Of a stretch of DNA of 64,000 nucleotides, positions 19,083 to 28,091 are shown one piece after another (the stretch's first letter is position 1; each line of letters starts with the position of its first letter). The position numbers and the translations under genes are program-made. Where the stretch lies: contig CAXXHO010000004.1 in assembly GCA_963667725.2 (NCBI GenBank), positions 72,892 to 136,891 on the forward strand, read 5' to 3'. The notes under the pieces are model-generated. The model saw nothing but the letters and a program-made list of their open reading frames with translations, searched no databases and was not told where the DNA came from. The DNA comes from Treponemataceae bacterium. Lineage in GTDB: Bacteria; Spirochaetota; Spirochaetia; Treponematales; Rectinemataceae.

Positions 19083-19720
19083 TGAACTGTGATAACACGC
19101 GCGCCTTGGTCGACGAATGGGAAGCCGGCACGGCGCCCTCCCGCGGCCCGGAGGAATTGGCGGCCCACCTCGCTTCCTGCGCCGACTGCGACGAACGCTT
19201 TGGCGCTCTTCTGCCCTTAGTGGAGCGCGACTGCCGCGAAGCGATGGGGTCCGAGTCCAGCGAGTGCCCGGGGGCTGACCCCTGTCTTGGCGACGCGGTC
19301 ATGGCTTCCCTCGATGCGCCGAGGCGGGGGCTTTCGCCCTTCGCGCCCGCGGCGCGGATTCATGCCGTATCCACGCATCTTCTGGCGGCGGCCGCCGCGG
19401 CGATCTTCGTCCTGGGATTGGGCCTGGGCATCTATTTCGCCCGTCAGGGGAGCAGCACGGTGACGGTGAGCTTCGCCCTGCAGGCGCCCCAGGCATCGAC
19501 GGTCTCGCTGGCGGGCGACTTCAACGGCTGGTCGGGCGAGGGTTACCAGCTGCGCCGCGTGGGCAGGTCGGGCACCTGGGAGATCAAGGTGCCGCTCAAG
19601 CGGGGCAAGGCCTATGTGTACAATTTCGTGATCGACGGCAAAGTATGGATCGCCGACCCTGCCGTGCCGGCCAAGATCGACGACGGTTTCGGAGGCTCCG
19701 GCAGCCTCCTGAGGCTCTAG
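19079..19720 (+). CDS. putative anti-sigma factor: ZAS-like motif, TM helix, CBM48/glycogen-binding domain
   Basis: HLASCADC, hydrophobic segment, VSLAGDFNGW...W...YNFVIDGKVWIADP...DDGFGG. Confidence 0.8.
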   Translation: MMNCDNTRALVDEWEAGTAPSRGPEELAAHLASCADCDERFGALLPLVERDCREAMGSESSECPGADPCLGDAVMASLDAPRRGLSPFAPAARIHAVSTHLLAAAAAAIFVLGLGLGIYFARQGSSTVTVSFALQAPQASTVSLAGDFNGWSGEGYQLRRVGRSGTWEIKVPLKRGKAYVYNFVIDGKVWIADPAVPAKIDDGFGGSGSLLRL

Positions 19721-19722
19721 CC

Positions 19723-20511
19723 ATGCGCGCCACTACGCTGAGCAGGGCGGCATTCCGTCTCGCGGCGGCGCTGCTGTTGGCGGCGGCCTTCCCTTCGTTC
19801 GTCGCGGCCCAGAATCTGGCGGCCTGGTTCGCCGCGCCGGCGAACCAGGCCGCGTACGGTGCCCTGGCCGCTGAGGCTCAGCAGCTGGCGGCGGCCCTCT
19901 CCCAGGCCGGACTCTCGGACAGCCTCCTGGCCGATCGCTTAGTCGAAGCGGCCAAAAAACGCGTAGCCCCGGCGACGTTAGCCGCCACCTTGCGCGAGGA
20001 CACCCAGCGCTGCCTGGCGGTGGCCGCCTCGCTCAGAGGCCTCGGGCTCCTACCCTCGGACCCAAAAAAAGCCTCGGCGTCCGTCGAGCAGGCATCCCTC
20101 ATCCTCCGCGCGGGCATCTCGGAGCAAGCCCTCCGGGCCGCCTTTGCGGCCGCCGCGGACAAGCTCGGCGCGAACCAGGCCGCCGTGGACCGGGCGCTGG
20201 CCGCCCTCTCCGTGGTCGCCACGCTCGAGGCCGAGTACCGCCTCTCCGATGCCGAGGTTCTCGCCCTGGCGACGGGGCTGGTCGACTGCGATCTCTCCAA
20301 CGGCAAGCTCAATTCCCTGGTGGCCGCGATCAAGTCCGCGGTCAAGAAAGGCCTATCCGTCTCCCAGGCGATCGACGATTCCCTGGCCAAGGTCACCAAG
20401 GGCAAATCCTCCAACGCCAACACCGAAAAGTCGAACAATGCCGACAAGGAAAAGAAGTCCAAGGAGAACAACGGCAAGGGGAGCGGCTCGAAGAAGGGGC
20501 TGAGCGGGTAG
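19723..20511 (+). CDS. exported hypothetical protein with K/N/G-rich tail
   Basis: signal peptide; translationally adjacent to the anti-sigma gene. Confidence 0.7.
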   Translation: MRATTLSRAAFRLAAALLLAAAFPSFVAAQNLAAWFAAPANQAAYGALAAEAQQLAAALSQAGLSDSLLADRLVEAAKKRVAPATLAATLREDTQRCLAVAASLRGLGLLPSDPKKASASVEQASLILRAGISEQALRAAFAAAADKLGANQAAVDRALAALSVVATLEAEYRLSDAEVLALATGLVDCDLSNGKLNSLVAAIKSAVKKGLSVSQAIDDSLAKVTKGKSSNANTEKSNNADKEKKSKENNGKGSGSKKGLSG

Positions 20512-20525
20512 GCTTTGCCGTTGAC

Positions 20526-21674
20526 TTAGGCTCCAGCATCCAATAGCTGGGCAACGAGGGCATCGAGCGGGCAAAAAACAACGCGGAGATTGCCAATTTC
20601 CCGTTCGTAGGACCGATGCAGATCCGCCGCGACCACGTAATTGCGCCCCTGCGGATGAAGGGCTCTGAAGGCTCGAATGCCGTTAGGCTCGAATGCGTCG
20701 GCGGACCATTTTACCTCTATCGCGCTGGGCGCTGTTCCGCGCGGCGCCCAAACAAAGTCGACTTCATGCCCTTCCTTGTCGCGCCAGGTGAACGGCGCGC
20801 TGTCCTGAAGTCCCGCGTTCATTTCGTTCAAGACGAGGTGTTCCCAGAAAAAGCCTTTTTCCTTTGCCGGAATCTCATGCAGCCCCTGCGCCCAGGCAAT
20901 GAACCCTGTATCGAAGCCATAGACGCGCGGTGTGGCCGTGATTTCCCTGGCGTTCCCCCCATGATAGGGACGCACGACGTGTACGAGATGCGTTGCTTCT
21001 AATATCCCGAGATAATTTATAATAGTGGTGCGGCTTACGCCGCATGAGGCCGCGAACGCGGTGGCGTTGAATTGCCCTCCGCTCTGCGCCAGAAGCAGTT
21101 CAGCGAATTTCAGGAACGAGGCGCGGCGCTCCAAGCGAAACAATTCGAGAATATCGCGCGCCCAGAATGCTTCTATCCATTCCGAATACTCTCTGTCATC
21201 GCGCGCTTCGGCAAGGAAGAATCCAGGCAAGCCGCCGTTCAGGAACCGTCTTGAACGATCGCCGTATCCCGGGAACGCGGTATCGTTTTCGCAGAGCGGG
21301 GTGAGCCTGAGTTCCAGCTTTCTGCCCGCCAAGGTATCTTTGAACTTTGCTGATGCGCCTAAGGTCGACGACCCTGTCGCTACAATGCGGATTTCCGGGA
21401 AATGGTCGGCGGCAATTTTAAGGAGGAGCGCGGGGTCGGCGAGCCGATGGATTTCGTCGAGCGCGAGGATTCCGCTCCCGATAGCTTTGAGGAATGCTTC
21501 AGGATCCTCAATCTCCCTTCGCACTGAAGGCAACTCGCAATCAAAGTAGCGGATTCCCTCCAAATTCTTGCAGAGAACGGTCTTTCCCACCCTACGGACG
21601 CCTGACAGCCAGACGATCGGACGCTTTTCCCATAGCGATCGGATTCTTGCTTCCCACCATTGCCTTTGTATCAT
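20526..21674 (-). CDS. AAA_14 ATPase with DUF4143 domain (second paralogue)
   Basis: GVRRVGKT, LDEIH, ATGSS, EVDFV...AIEVK. Confidence 0.9.
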   Translation of the reverse strand: MIQRQWWEARIRSLWEKRPIVWLSGVRRVGKTVLCKNLEGIRYFDCELPSVRREIEDPEAFLKAIGSGILALDEIHRLADPALLLKIAADHFPEIRIVATGSSTLGASAKFKDTLAGRKLELRLTPLCENDTAFPGYGDRSRRFLNGGLPGFFLAEARDDREYSEWIEAFWARDILELFRLERRASFLKFAELLLAQSGGQFNATAFAASCGVSRTTIINYLGILEATHLVHVVRPYHGGNAREITATPRVYGFDTGFIAWAQGLHEIPAKEKGFFWEHLVLNEMNAGLQDSAPFTWRDKEGHEVDFVWAPRGTAPSAIEVKWSADAFEPNGIRAFRALHPQGRNYVVAADLHRSYEREIGNLRVVFCPLDALVAQLLDAGA

Positions 21675-21695
21675 ACAGGAAGCTTAATGCAGTCT

Positions 21696-21729
21696 ATGAC
21701 CAAACGCAAGTCTACTTGCGTTTGGTCAT
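21696..21729. promoter_or_regulatory. perfect 16-bp-arm palindrome (putative operator) upstream of the second AAA_14 gene
   Basis: ATGACCAAACGCAAGT-CT-ACTTGCGTTTGGTCAT, followed by a third half-site ATGACGAAACGAAAAT. Confidence 0.7.
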
Positions 21730-21766
21730 GACGAAACGAAAATAGACTTACTTTTTTAGCGGTCGA

Positions 21767-21817
21767 TCCTGACAGTCCTGCCATCCTGTCCAAAAGTCAA
21801 AATTGAGGTCTGCCCCC
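21767..21817 (+). repeat. ACAGGA half element E8 followed by a degenerate GGGGTC hairpin
   Basis: TCCTGACAGTCCTGCCATCCTGTCCAAAAGTCAAAATTGAGGTCTGCCCCC, homologous to 862-913. Confidence 0.7.
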
Positions 21818-21820
21818 AGG

Positions 21821-21849
21821 TTGAATAAAGTCAGCCAATGCGCTATATT
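21821..21849 (+). promoter_or_regulatory. sigma70-type promoter for the DEAD-box helicase
   Basis: TTGAAT-N17-TATATT. Confidence 0.6.
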
Positions 21850-21998
21850 ACAATAAATTCATCGAACGGCGCTGCATGAATCGAATTTGTAACATTTTCG
21901 AACGCCGTTTTACTGAGCTAGCCCTCCGCCGCCACCGTGCGGCCTCAGCCTTGATTGACCAGATTCATGCTGTTCAAGCAAACCACTAGGATTCTCAC

Positions 21999-23135
21999 TT
22001 GAATTTCTCCTCATTCGGATTCGACCAGCGGATAGCCGCCGCCATTGCCGCGGCTGGCTACGAAACCCCCACGCCCATCCAGGAAAAGACGATTCCCGCC
22101 ACGTTGGCGGGCAAGGACGTGCTGGGCCTTGCCCAGACGGGCACCGGCAAGACGGCGGCCTTCGCGCTGCCGATCTTCCAGCGGCTATTGGGCGGCGAGC
22201 GCTGCGTGATCCGCGCCCTCGTCATTTCCCCCACGCGGGAGCTGGCCGAGCAGACGCACCAGGCTTTCGAGATGCTGGGCAAGGACACGGGCTTCCGCAG
22301 CATGAGCATGTACGGCGGCGTTACAGTCAAGTCGCAGGTTAAGACGCTCAAGGGGCGCATGCCCGAGATCATCGTGGCCTGCCCGGGTCGCCTCCTGGAC
22401 CTGATGGGCCAGGGCTATGTCGACCTGCGCTCGGTCGAGACGCTGGTGCTGGACGAGGCCGACCAGATGTTCGACATGGGCTTCATGCCCTCGATCAAGA
22501 AGATCATCGCAGCCCTGCCCCGCGCGCATCAGACCCTGCTCTTTTCCGCCACCCTCCCCCAGGAGATCCGCACGCTGGCCAAGCAGTACCAGCGCGATCC
22601 GGTCCGCGTCGAGATCGGCAATTCCAAGCCGGTGGAGACGGTGAGCCACTACGTGAGCTCGATGGGCCAGAACGACAAGTACGAGGCCTTGCGCTCCGTG
22701 CTGGTGGACGACTGGGGTTCGAACGGCCCCGGCGGGCAGACGCTGGTCTTCACGCGCACGAAGCACCGGGCCAAGCGGCTCGCGCAGCAGCTCGCCAATT
22801 CGGGCTTCGCGGCCACGTCCCTGCAGGGCAACCTTTCCCAGGGCCAGCGCGAGAAGGCCATGGCGAATTTCCGCTCCGGCCGCGCCGCGATCATGGTGGC
22901 GACCGACATCGCCGCCCGCGGCATCGATATCACCAAGATTTCCCGCGTGATCAACTTCGATATTCCCGACACCCCCGAGGCCTATACGCACCGCATCGGC
23001 CGCACGGGGCGCATGGAGCGCAAGGGCGTTGCCCTGACCTTCGTGACGCCCGAGGATTCGTCCGTGCTGCGCCAGATCGAGCGCTTTATCGGCGCTCCGA
23101 TCGAGCGAATGTCCCTGCCGGCGGTTGGGGAGTAA
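21999..23135 (+). CDS. DEAD-box RNA helicase (RhlE-like)
   Basis: Q motif PTPIQ, AQTGTGKT, PTRELA, LDEAD, SAT, ARGID, HRIGRTGR. Confidence 0.95.
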   Translation: MNFSSFGFDQRIAAAIAAAGYETPTPIQEKTIPATLAGKDVLGLAQTGTGKTAAFALPIFQRLLGGERCVIRALVISPTRELAEQTHQAFEMLGKDTGFRSMSMYGGVTVKSQVKTLKGRMPEIIVACPGRLLDLMGQGYVDLRSVETLVLDEADQMFDMGFMPSIKKIIAALPRAHQTLLFSATLPQEIRTLAKQYQRDPVRVEIGNSKPVETVSHYVSSMGQNDKYEALRSVLVDDWGSNGPGGQTLVFTRTKHRAKRLAQQLANSGFAATSLQGNLSQGQREKAMANFRSGRAAIMVATDIAARGIDITKISRVINFDIPDTPEAYTHRIGRTGRMERKGVALTFVTPEDSSVLRQIERFIGAPIERMSLPAVGE

Positions 23136-23152
23136 GCGCTCTCCCGCGAAAG

Positions 23153-23209
23153 AGCGCGGTTCGGCGGCTCGCATCCTCGCGATGCGCGGCGCTGGACCGC
23201 GCTTTTTTT
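23153..23209 (+). terminator. intrinsic terminator
   Basis: AGCGCGGTTCGGCG...CGCTGGACCGCGCT stem followed by a T run. Confidence 0.65.
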
Positions 23210-23296
23210 ATAATTGCGGCGCTGGGCGACTCATAGTATAGTGCCTTCACTGAGCCGGTCCGGCTGGTTTTCCTACTGCACTCCAAGGAGCCCGCA

Positions 23297-23704
23297 ATGA
23301 GAAAAAGCACCTTTGCCCTCTTTTCCCTCGCGATCCTGGCGCTGATGGCCAGCTGCACTCCCTTTGCCCTTAACGACGCGCTGGGGGAGTGGGAAGTCGC
23401 CTCCGGCACCATAAAGGGCGTGGCTGCCACGAGCATTCACTTAAGCGTGATGTCCGATGGGCAAATGTACGATGCGGGCTGGGATACCGCGGACAATCAC
23501 TACTGGCTCCATTGTGATGGCTCCACGGCGAAGAATGTCTTTACTGGCATCTACGATGGCAACGACGACGGTGGACAGATCGCCGACGACCAGCAGATTA
23601 CGATCACGCTCTCGCTCAAGAACGGCAAGCTTTCCGCGAAATTCACCGGCGCGGGACCGCTCGACGGCGTCACTTTCACGGATCTGACGAAGGCAACCCT
23701 CTAG
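23297..23704 (+). CDS. hypothetical lipoprotein
   Basis: AAGGAG RBS, signal peptide ending LMASC. Confidence 0.75.
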   Translation: MRKSTFALFSLAILALMASCTPFALNDALGEWEVASGTIKGVAATSIHLSVMSDGQMYDAGWDTADNHYWLHCDGSTAKNVFTGIYDGNDDGGQIADDQQITITLSLKNGKLSAKFTGAGPLDGVTFTDLTKATL

Positions 23705-23814
23705 CAAACCAGGCGCCCCGGCTTTACCGCCGCGGCGCCTCATTTTATACTGACTCAGCATCGAAGCCGCGGCGCCGGGAATGACGTTGTGCGCTCGATA
23801 CCGGGAGGCTTTCC

Positions 23815-24522
23815 TTGTTCGCTATCAATCTGACTTCAAAACGTTATGCGGAACTGGCTGGAAAAATCGACACGGTCATCATCCCCGTGGGCAGCTTCGA
23901 GGCCCACGGGATGCACTGCCCGCTGGGCACCGACATCCTGATTCCGGAGCGCATGTGCCGCGATCTTGAGGCGGCGGCGGGCGGCGATTTCCTCATCGCG
24001 CCGACGGTGAACTACGGCTACACGCCCACCCTGGCCGGATTTCCCGGCACGGTGACGATCCCCGCCGAGACGCTCATAAGCCTCTACGCCGAGATCGGCT
24101 CCTGCTTCGTGCGCTGGGGCGCGAAGAACATCGTCTTCATGAACGGGCACGGCGGGAACATCGCGGCGCTCACACTGGCTTGCGACAAGATTGCGGCGGC
24201 GGGCGGCACGGCCCTCGTGATCAGCTGGTGGGCGACCTACTCGGCGGAGATCCTGAAGATCTGCGGCACGCAGGGCCACGCGGGCGAGGACGAGACCTCG
24301 ACGGTGCTCGCGATCGACGCCTCGCTTGTCGACGATTCCGCGCGGAGCGTCCACCTGCGCAAGGTGTTCTGCGCGCCGCTCTCGGGTCCGACGCAGACCA
24401 AGGCGCGCTATCCCGAGGCTATGAACGGCGACGCCACGGCCGCCACTCGCGAAAAAGGCGAAAAACTCTACGCCATGCTGCTCGCGGCCCGATTCACGGC
24501 TAATCCGAAGGCTGCAGCGTGA
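23815..24522 (+). CDS. creatininase family protein
   Basis: IPVGSFEAHGMHCPLGTD, NGHGGN, HAGEDETS; GGGAGG RBS before TTG. Confidence 0.9.
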   Translation: MFAINLTSKRYAELAGKIDTVIIPVGSFEAHGMHCPLGTDILIPERMCRDLEAAAGGDFLIAPTVNYGYTPTLAGFPGTVTIPAETLISLYAEIGSCFVRWGAKNIVFMNGHGGNIAALTLACDKIAAAGGTALVISWWATYSAEILKICGTQGHAGEDETSTVLAIDASLVDDSARSVHLRKVFCAPLSGPTQTKARYPEAMNGDATAATREKGEKLYAMLLAARFTANPKAAA

Positions 24523-26887
24523 AATAGAAGCAGGCGCCCTTGCCGGGCTCGGCTTCGGGCCAGATGCGTCCGCCATGCCGGCTCACGATTCGCTTGACCG
24601 TTACGAGCCCGATGCCCGTTCCCGAATATTCCGTCATCGCGTGGAGCCGATGGAAGGGCGTGAAGAGTTTCCCCGCGTAGGCCATGTCGAAGCCGACGCC
24701 GTTGTCTTTGACCCAGAAGACCGTCGTGTCCGCCGCCCCCTGCCGGTCCTGCCGCGCGCCCATCTCGATGCGCGGCGAGGCCGCCTTGCCGCTGAACTTG
24801 ATCGCGTTGCCCAGAAGGTTCCGCAGGAGTATGTCGAGCAAAGCGGGATCGGCGAAGCATTTCATTCCCACCTGGATCTGCACGGTCGGACGGTTGGCCG
24901 ATTCCGCCTCCACGCCGTCGAGCAGCTGCGCCGCTATCGTCTCCGCCATATCGCTGACATCAATCCGCGTTCTGACGAGGGGAGCCCGCGTCAGGCGGGA
25001 AAGGCTGAGCAGATCTTCGATGAGCTGTCCCATTCGCGTGGAGGCGCTTCTGATCCGCCGCAAATAATCATTGCCTTTTTCATCGAGGACCCGTCCGTAT
25101 TGCTCGGAAAGAATCGCGCTGAATCCCTCCATCGCGCGCAGGGGCGCCCGGAGATCATGGGAGACCGCGTACGAGAAGGCCTCCAGCTCTTTCAGGGAAG
25201 CTGCGAGCTCGACGGTCCTTTCGGACACGCGCCGCTCCAAATCCTGGTTGAGCTTCTTCACTTCCTCCTCTGCCTTGGTCCGCTCGGCGATTTCCAGCGT
25301 CAATTGGCGCGTGCTCTGAATCACTTTTTTCCGCAGCATCCTTGACCAGAGCAGAACGACTATAAGAAGGAAGACCGCCACCAGCGCGACGTACTGGAGG
25401 GCGATCAGGAATTTCGAGCCTATCCGCTCGTAGGACCCGAGCCATTTCTCCTCGATGCGACGATATTCGCCCGAGGCGATCACCGCGGCGAGCCCTTGCG
25501 ACAATTGGGCCTGCAATACGCCGTTCGCGCTGGGAACCGCGTAGCAGTACTCGGCGGCGAGGAGTGGCGCGCCGGAAAGCCGTATGTTCGAAAGTTTGTT
25601 GCTTTTAATGAAATAGAGGGCCGGAATTTTAGCCACGAGGGCGACATCGTATTTCCCCTCGGCGACCAGCCGCAGCGCGTTTTCCTGCGTGGCGACCCGG
25701 ACGAGGCTGTCGCCGAGGCCGGCGGCGGTCGCGAAGTCATCCATGACATCGCCTTTCATGACGACGACGGATTTGCCTTTCAGCTGCTCCAGGGTTTCCG
25801 GGATTGGGGAACGTGATCGTCCCGCGATGACATGGTTCACCACGGCGTGGGCGGGAGTAAAGCCGTAGACCTTGTCGCGCTCCGCCGAATAGAACATCCC
25901 TTGAACAACGTTGATCGAACCGTCGCTCAAGCCTTGCCGTATCTCGTCCCAGGTGCCCAGGCGTATCTCGACGTCCAAGCCCGCCTGGGCGGCGATGGCG
26001 CGGGTGAGGTCGACGTTGTATCCCGCGGGCTGGCCGTTTTTGTCCAGGAATTCGTACGGCGGATAGTCCTTGTCGCCGCCGATGATGATTCGGCTCCTGG
26101 CCTGCCCCAAGGCTTCTATTTCGGAAAACCAGGTCGCGTAGAGACTCCGGAACGTTCCATCCGATACCGCCAGAGAGAGTCCTTCGTTCAGCGTGGCGAG
26201 CAGTTCGGTGTTTCCCTTGTACGTGGCGAAGCAGAAGCTCTGCTTGAAGTCTTCGAGGGGCGGCCCCACGGCGCGAAGGTTGGCGAGACCGTTGTTCTTG
26301 ATGATCTGCATGGCGACGAGCTTCTGGATGACGACTGCGTCGTAATTGCCGCCAGAGAGTTCGCGAAGCGCCGTATCGAAGGAATCGAGGGGTATGATCT
26401 CGGCGCCGAGCTTGGCTTTCCTGAGGTATTCCTCGGCATTGTCGCCCCTGAGCACGGCGACTTTTTTGCCGGCGAGGTCGGCCGGCGTCTGGATATCGGC
26501 AGTATCGTCGCGCACGACGATCGTTCCATGCATGACGAGGTAGGGGACGGTGAATTCGTAGATCGCCTCACGCTCCGGGGTCCGGCCTACGAGCGGCAGG
26601 ACTTCGATCCGCTTTTCCACAAGGTCGCGCTTGAGATCCTCCCAGGCTCCCGCCTTGAAGACGACGTCCCGGCCCATGGCCTTCATGGCCGCGCGCAGCA
26701 GTTCGACGGAAAATCCGGTCACCGAACCGTCGGGATTGACGATGCAATAGGGGGGATAGTCGTACTCGCAGCCCGATCGGAGCGGGGCGAGATTTTTCTG
26801 GGCGCCGAGCGTGCCCGAAAAGGTTGCGATCGCCCCGAGGAGGAGGATCAGGAGAACGAGGCGTATGGCGGGGCGCTTTGCATTCAT
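24500..26887 (-). CDS. sensor histidine kinase with two SBP_bac_3 ligand-binding domains
   Basis: two DYPPY...GFSVEL/GYNVDL domains, FSYAVSHDLRAPLR, NLLGNAIKF, DNGVGF, GTGIGL. Confidence 0.92.
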   Translation of the reverse strand: MNAKRPAIRLVLLILLLGAIATFSGTLGAQKNLAPLRSGCEYDYPPYCIVNPDGSVTGFSVELLRAAMKAMGRDVVFKAGAWEDLKRDLVEKRIEVLPLVGRTPEREAIYEFTVPYLVMHGTIVVRDDTADIQTPADLAGKKVAVLRGDNAEEYLRKAKLGAEIIPLDSFDTALRELSGGNYDAVVIQKLVAMQIIKNNGLANLRAVGPPLEDFKQSFCFATYKGNTELLATLNEGLSLAVSDGTFRSLYATWFSEIEALGQARSRIIIGGDKDYPPYEFLDKNGQPAGYNVDLTRAIAAQAGLDVEIRLGTWDEIRQGLSDGSINVVQGMFYSAERDKVYGFTPAHAVVNHVIAGRSRSPIPETLEQLKGKSVVVMKGDVMDDFATAAGLGDSLVRVATQENALRLVAEGKYDVALVAKIPALYFIKSNKLSNIRLSGAPLLAAEYCYAVPSANGVLQAQLSQGLAAVIASGEYRRIEEKWLGSYERIGSKFLIALQYVALVAVFLLIVVLLWSRMLRKKVIQSTRQLTLEIAERTKAEEEVKKLNQDLERRVSERTVELAASLKELEAFSYAVSHDLRAPLRAMEGFSAILSEQYGRVLDEKGNDYLRRIRSASTRMGQLIEDLLSLSRLTRAPLVRTRIDVSDMAETIAAQLLDGVEAESANRPTVQIQVGMKCFADPALLDILLRNLLGNAIKFSGKAASPRIEMGARQDRQGAADTTVFWVKDNGVGFDMAYAGKLFTPFHRLHAMTEYSGTGIGLVTVKRIVSRHGGRIWPEAEPGKGACFYFTLQPSD

Positions 26888-26943
26888 AGGTTCATTCTAA
26901 TGCACGCCGTTTCGCGCGTCGATGCGGCATTTCGCGATTTCGC

Positions 26944-27910
26944 TCAGCCCGCCGCGTCCTCGAACACGCGCGCGAAGTTGCGCCAGGCGATTTTCTCGAC
27001 CTCGCCCTCGGAATAGCCCGAGGCGAAGAGGGCGTCGATGATGGCCTGGGCGCGCGAGGCGTCCTCGAGGCCGGACACGAGGGGGTATTCCTCGCGCGTG
27101 TAGAGGTATTCGCAGAAGTGGAGGCCGAGGCCGACGTGGTCGACTCCCGCGGCGCCGATCATGTGGTTCAGGTGCTCCATGTAGCGTTCGAGCGTGTGGT
27201 GGGCGCGGTCGGCGGCGGGCGCGAGCGCCGCGGGGCTGGTCATGCAGCCGACAAGGCCGCCCGAGTCGGCGATATCGCGCAACGCTTCGTCGGAGAGGTT
27301 GCGGCCGGTGTCGTACACCGCCTTGCACGAGGGTGTGCGAGAGCATGACGGGCCTGGTCGAGGCGGCGAGGATGTCGCGCCGCGTGGCCGCGCCGGCGTG
27401 GGCCATGTCCACCAGGATGCCGAGCTTGTTCATGGCGGCCAGGGCCTCGCGGCCTTTTTCGGTGAGGCCGCCGCCGGAGCCGAGCGCCCCGCCGCCGAAG
27501 ATGTTGTCGTCGTTGTGCGTGAGCGAGGCGACGCGCAGGCCGGCCTCGCCATAGAGCCGCCACAGCCAATCAATATCGCCCAACGTTGCGGAGAGTCCCT
27601 CGTAGCCGACGACGGCCGCGAAGGCGCCGGATTCCATGGCGGCGCGGAGATCGGCGGCGCGGAGCACGGTCACGGCGCCAGGCCACGCGGCGGCGAGCTC
27701 GCGCCGCGCCGCCGCGATGAAGCGCTCGAGGTGCTCGGGACCGGCCGCCTCGCCGGCCATGCGGCAGTCTATAAGGGCCGCTCCCGCGACGCCTCCGGCG
27801 CGCATGCGGCGCAGGTGGCGCTCCTCGAGCTCGGGCGCGGCGTTATGCGATTCATGCCGGCGCGTCAAGTCCATGAACACGTCGGCGTGCAAGTCAAATA
27901 TCGGCACCAT
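26944..27910 (-). CDS. membrane dipeptidase (peptidase M19), one frameshift near 27332
   Basis: DLHAD, GYEG, LTHN, GILVDMAH, SHT; removing one G from GGG at 27331-27333 restores SHTSCKAVYDTGRN. Confidence 0.85.
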
Positions 27911-27919
27911 GGCTAATAG

Positions 27920-28082
27920 GACAGGATGACAGGATAAGAGGACAGGATTTACAGGAAAAGGACTTTGGTTAGGATAGCGTTTTCTTCGCATCCTGTTATC
28001 GCGTCTTTCTTCTTCTCTCTTTCTTCTCTTCTCTCAACCAAAAACTCTTTCCTGCCAGTCCTGCTCATCCCGTTATCCTGTC
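27920..28082 (+). repeat. ACAGGA-box inverted-arm element E9
   Basis: GACAGGATGACAGGATAAGAGGACAGGATTTACAGGAAAAG...TTTGGTTAGGA; right arm CAACCAAAAACTCTTTCCTGCCAGTCCTG...ATCCTGTC. Confidence 0.92.
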
Positions 28083-28091
28083 CAACCCCCC

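Noticed and set aside
19271..19282. GGGGCTGACCCC as another GGGGTCWGACCCC hairpin
   Set aside because: Inside a coding region, one base short and without the extended arms
2305..28082. ACAGGA elements as classical MITEs or simple terminators
   Set aside because: No consistent target-site duplication, ragged outer ends with variable box number, and they also occur between divergent genes (E2, E6)
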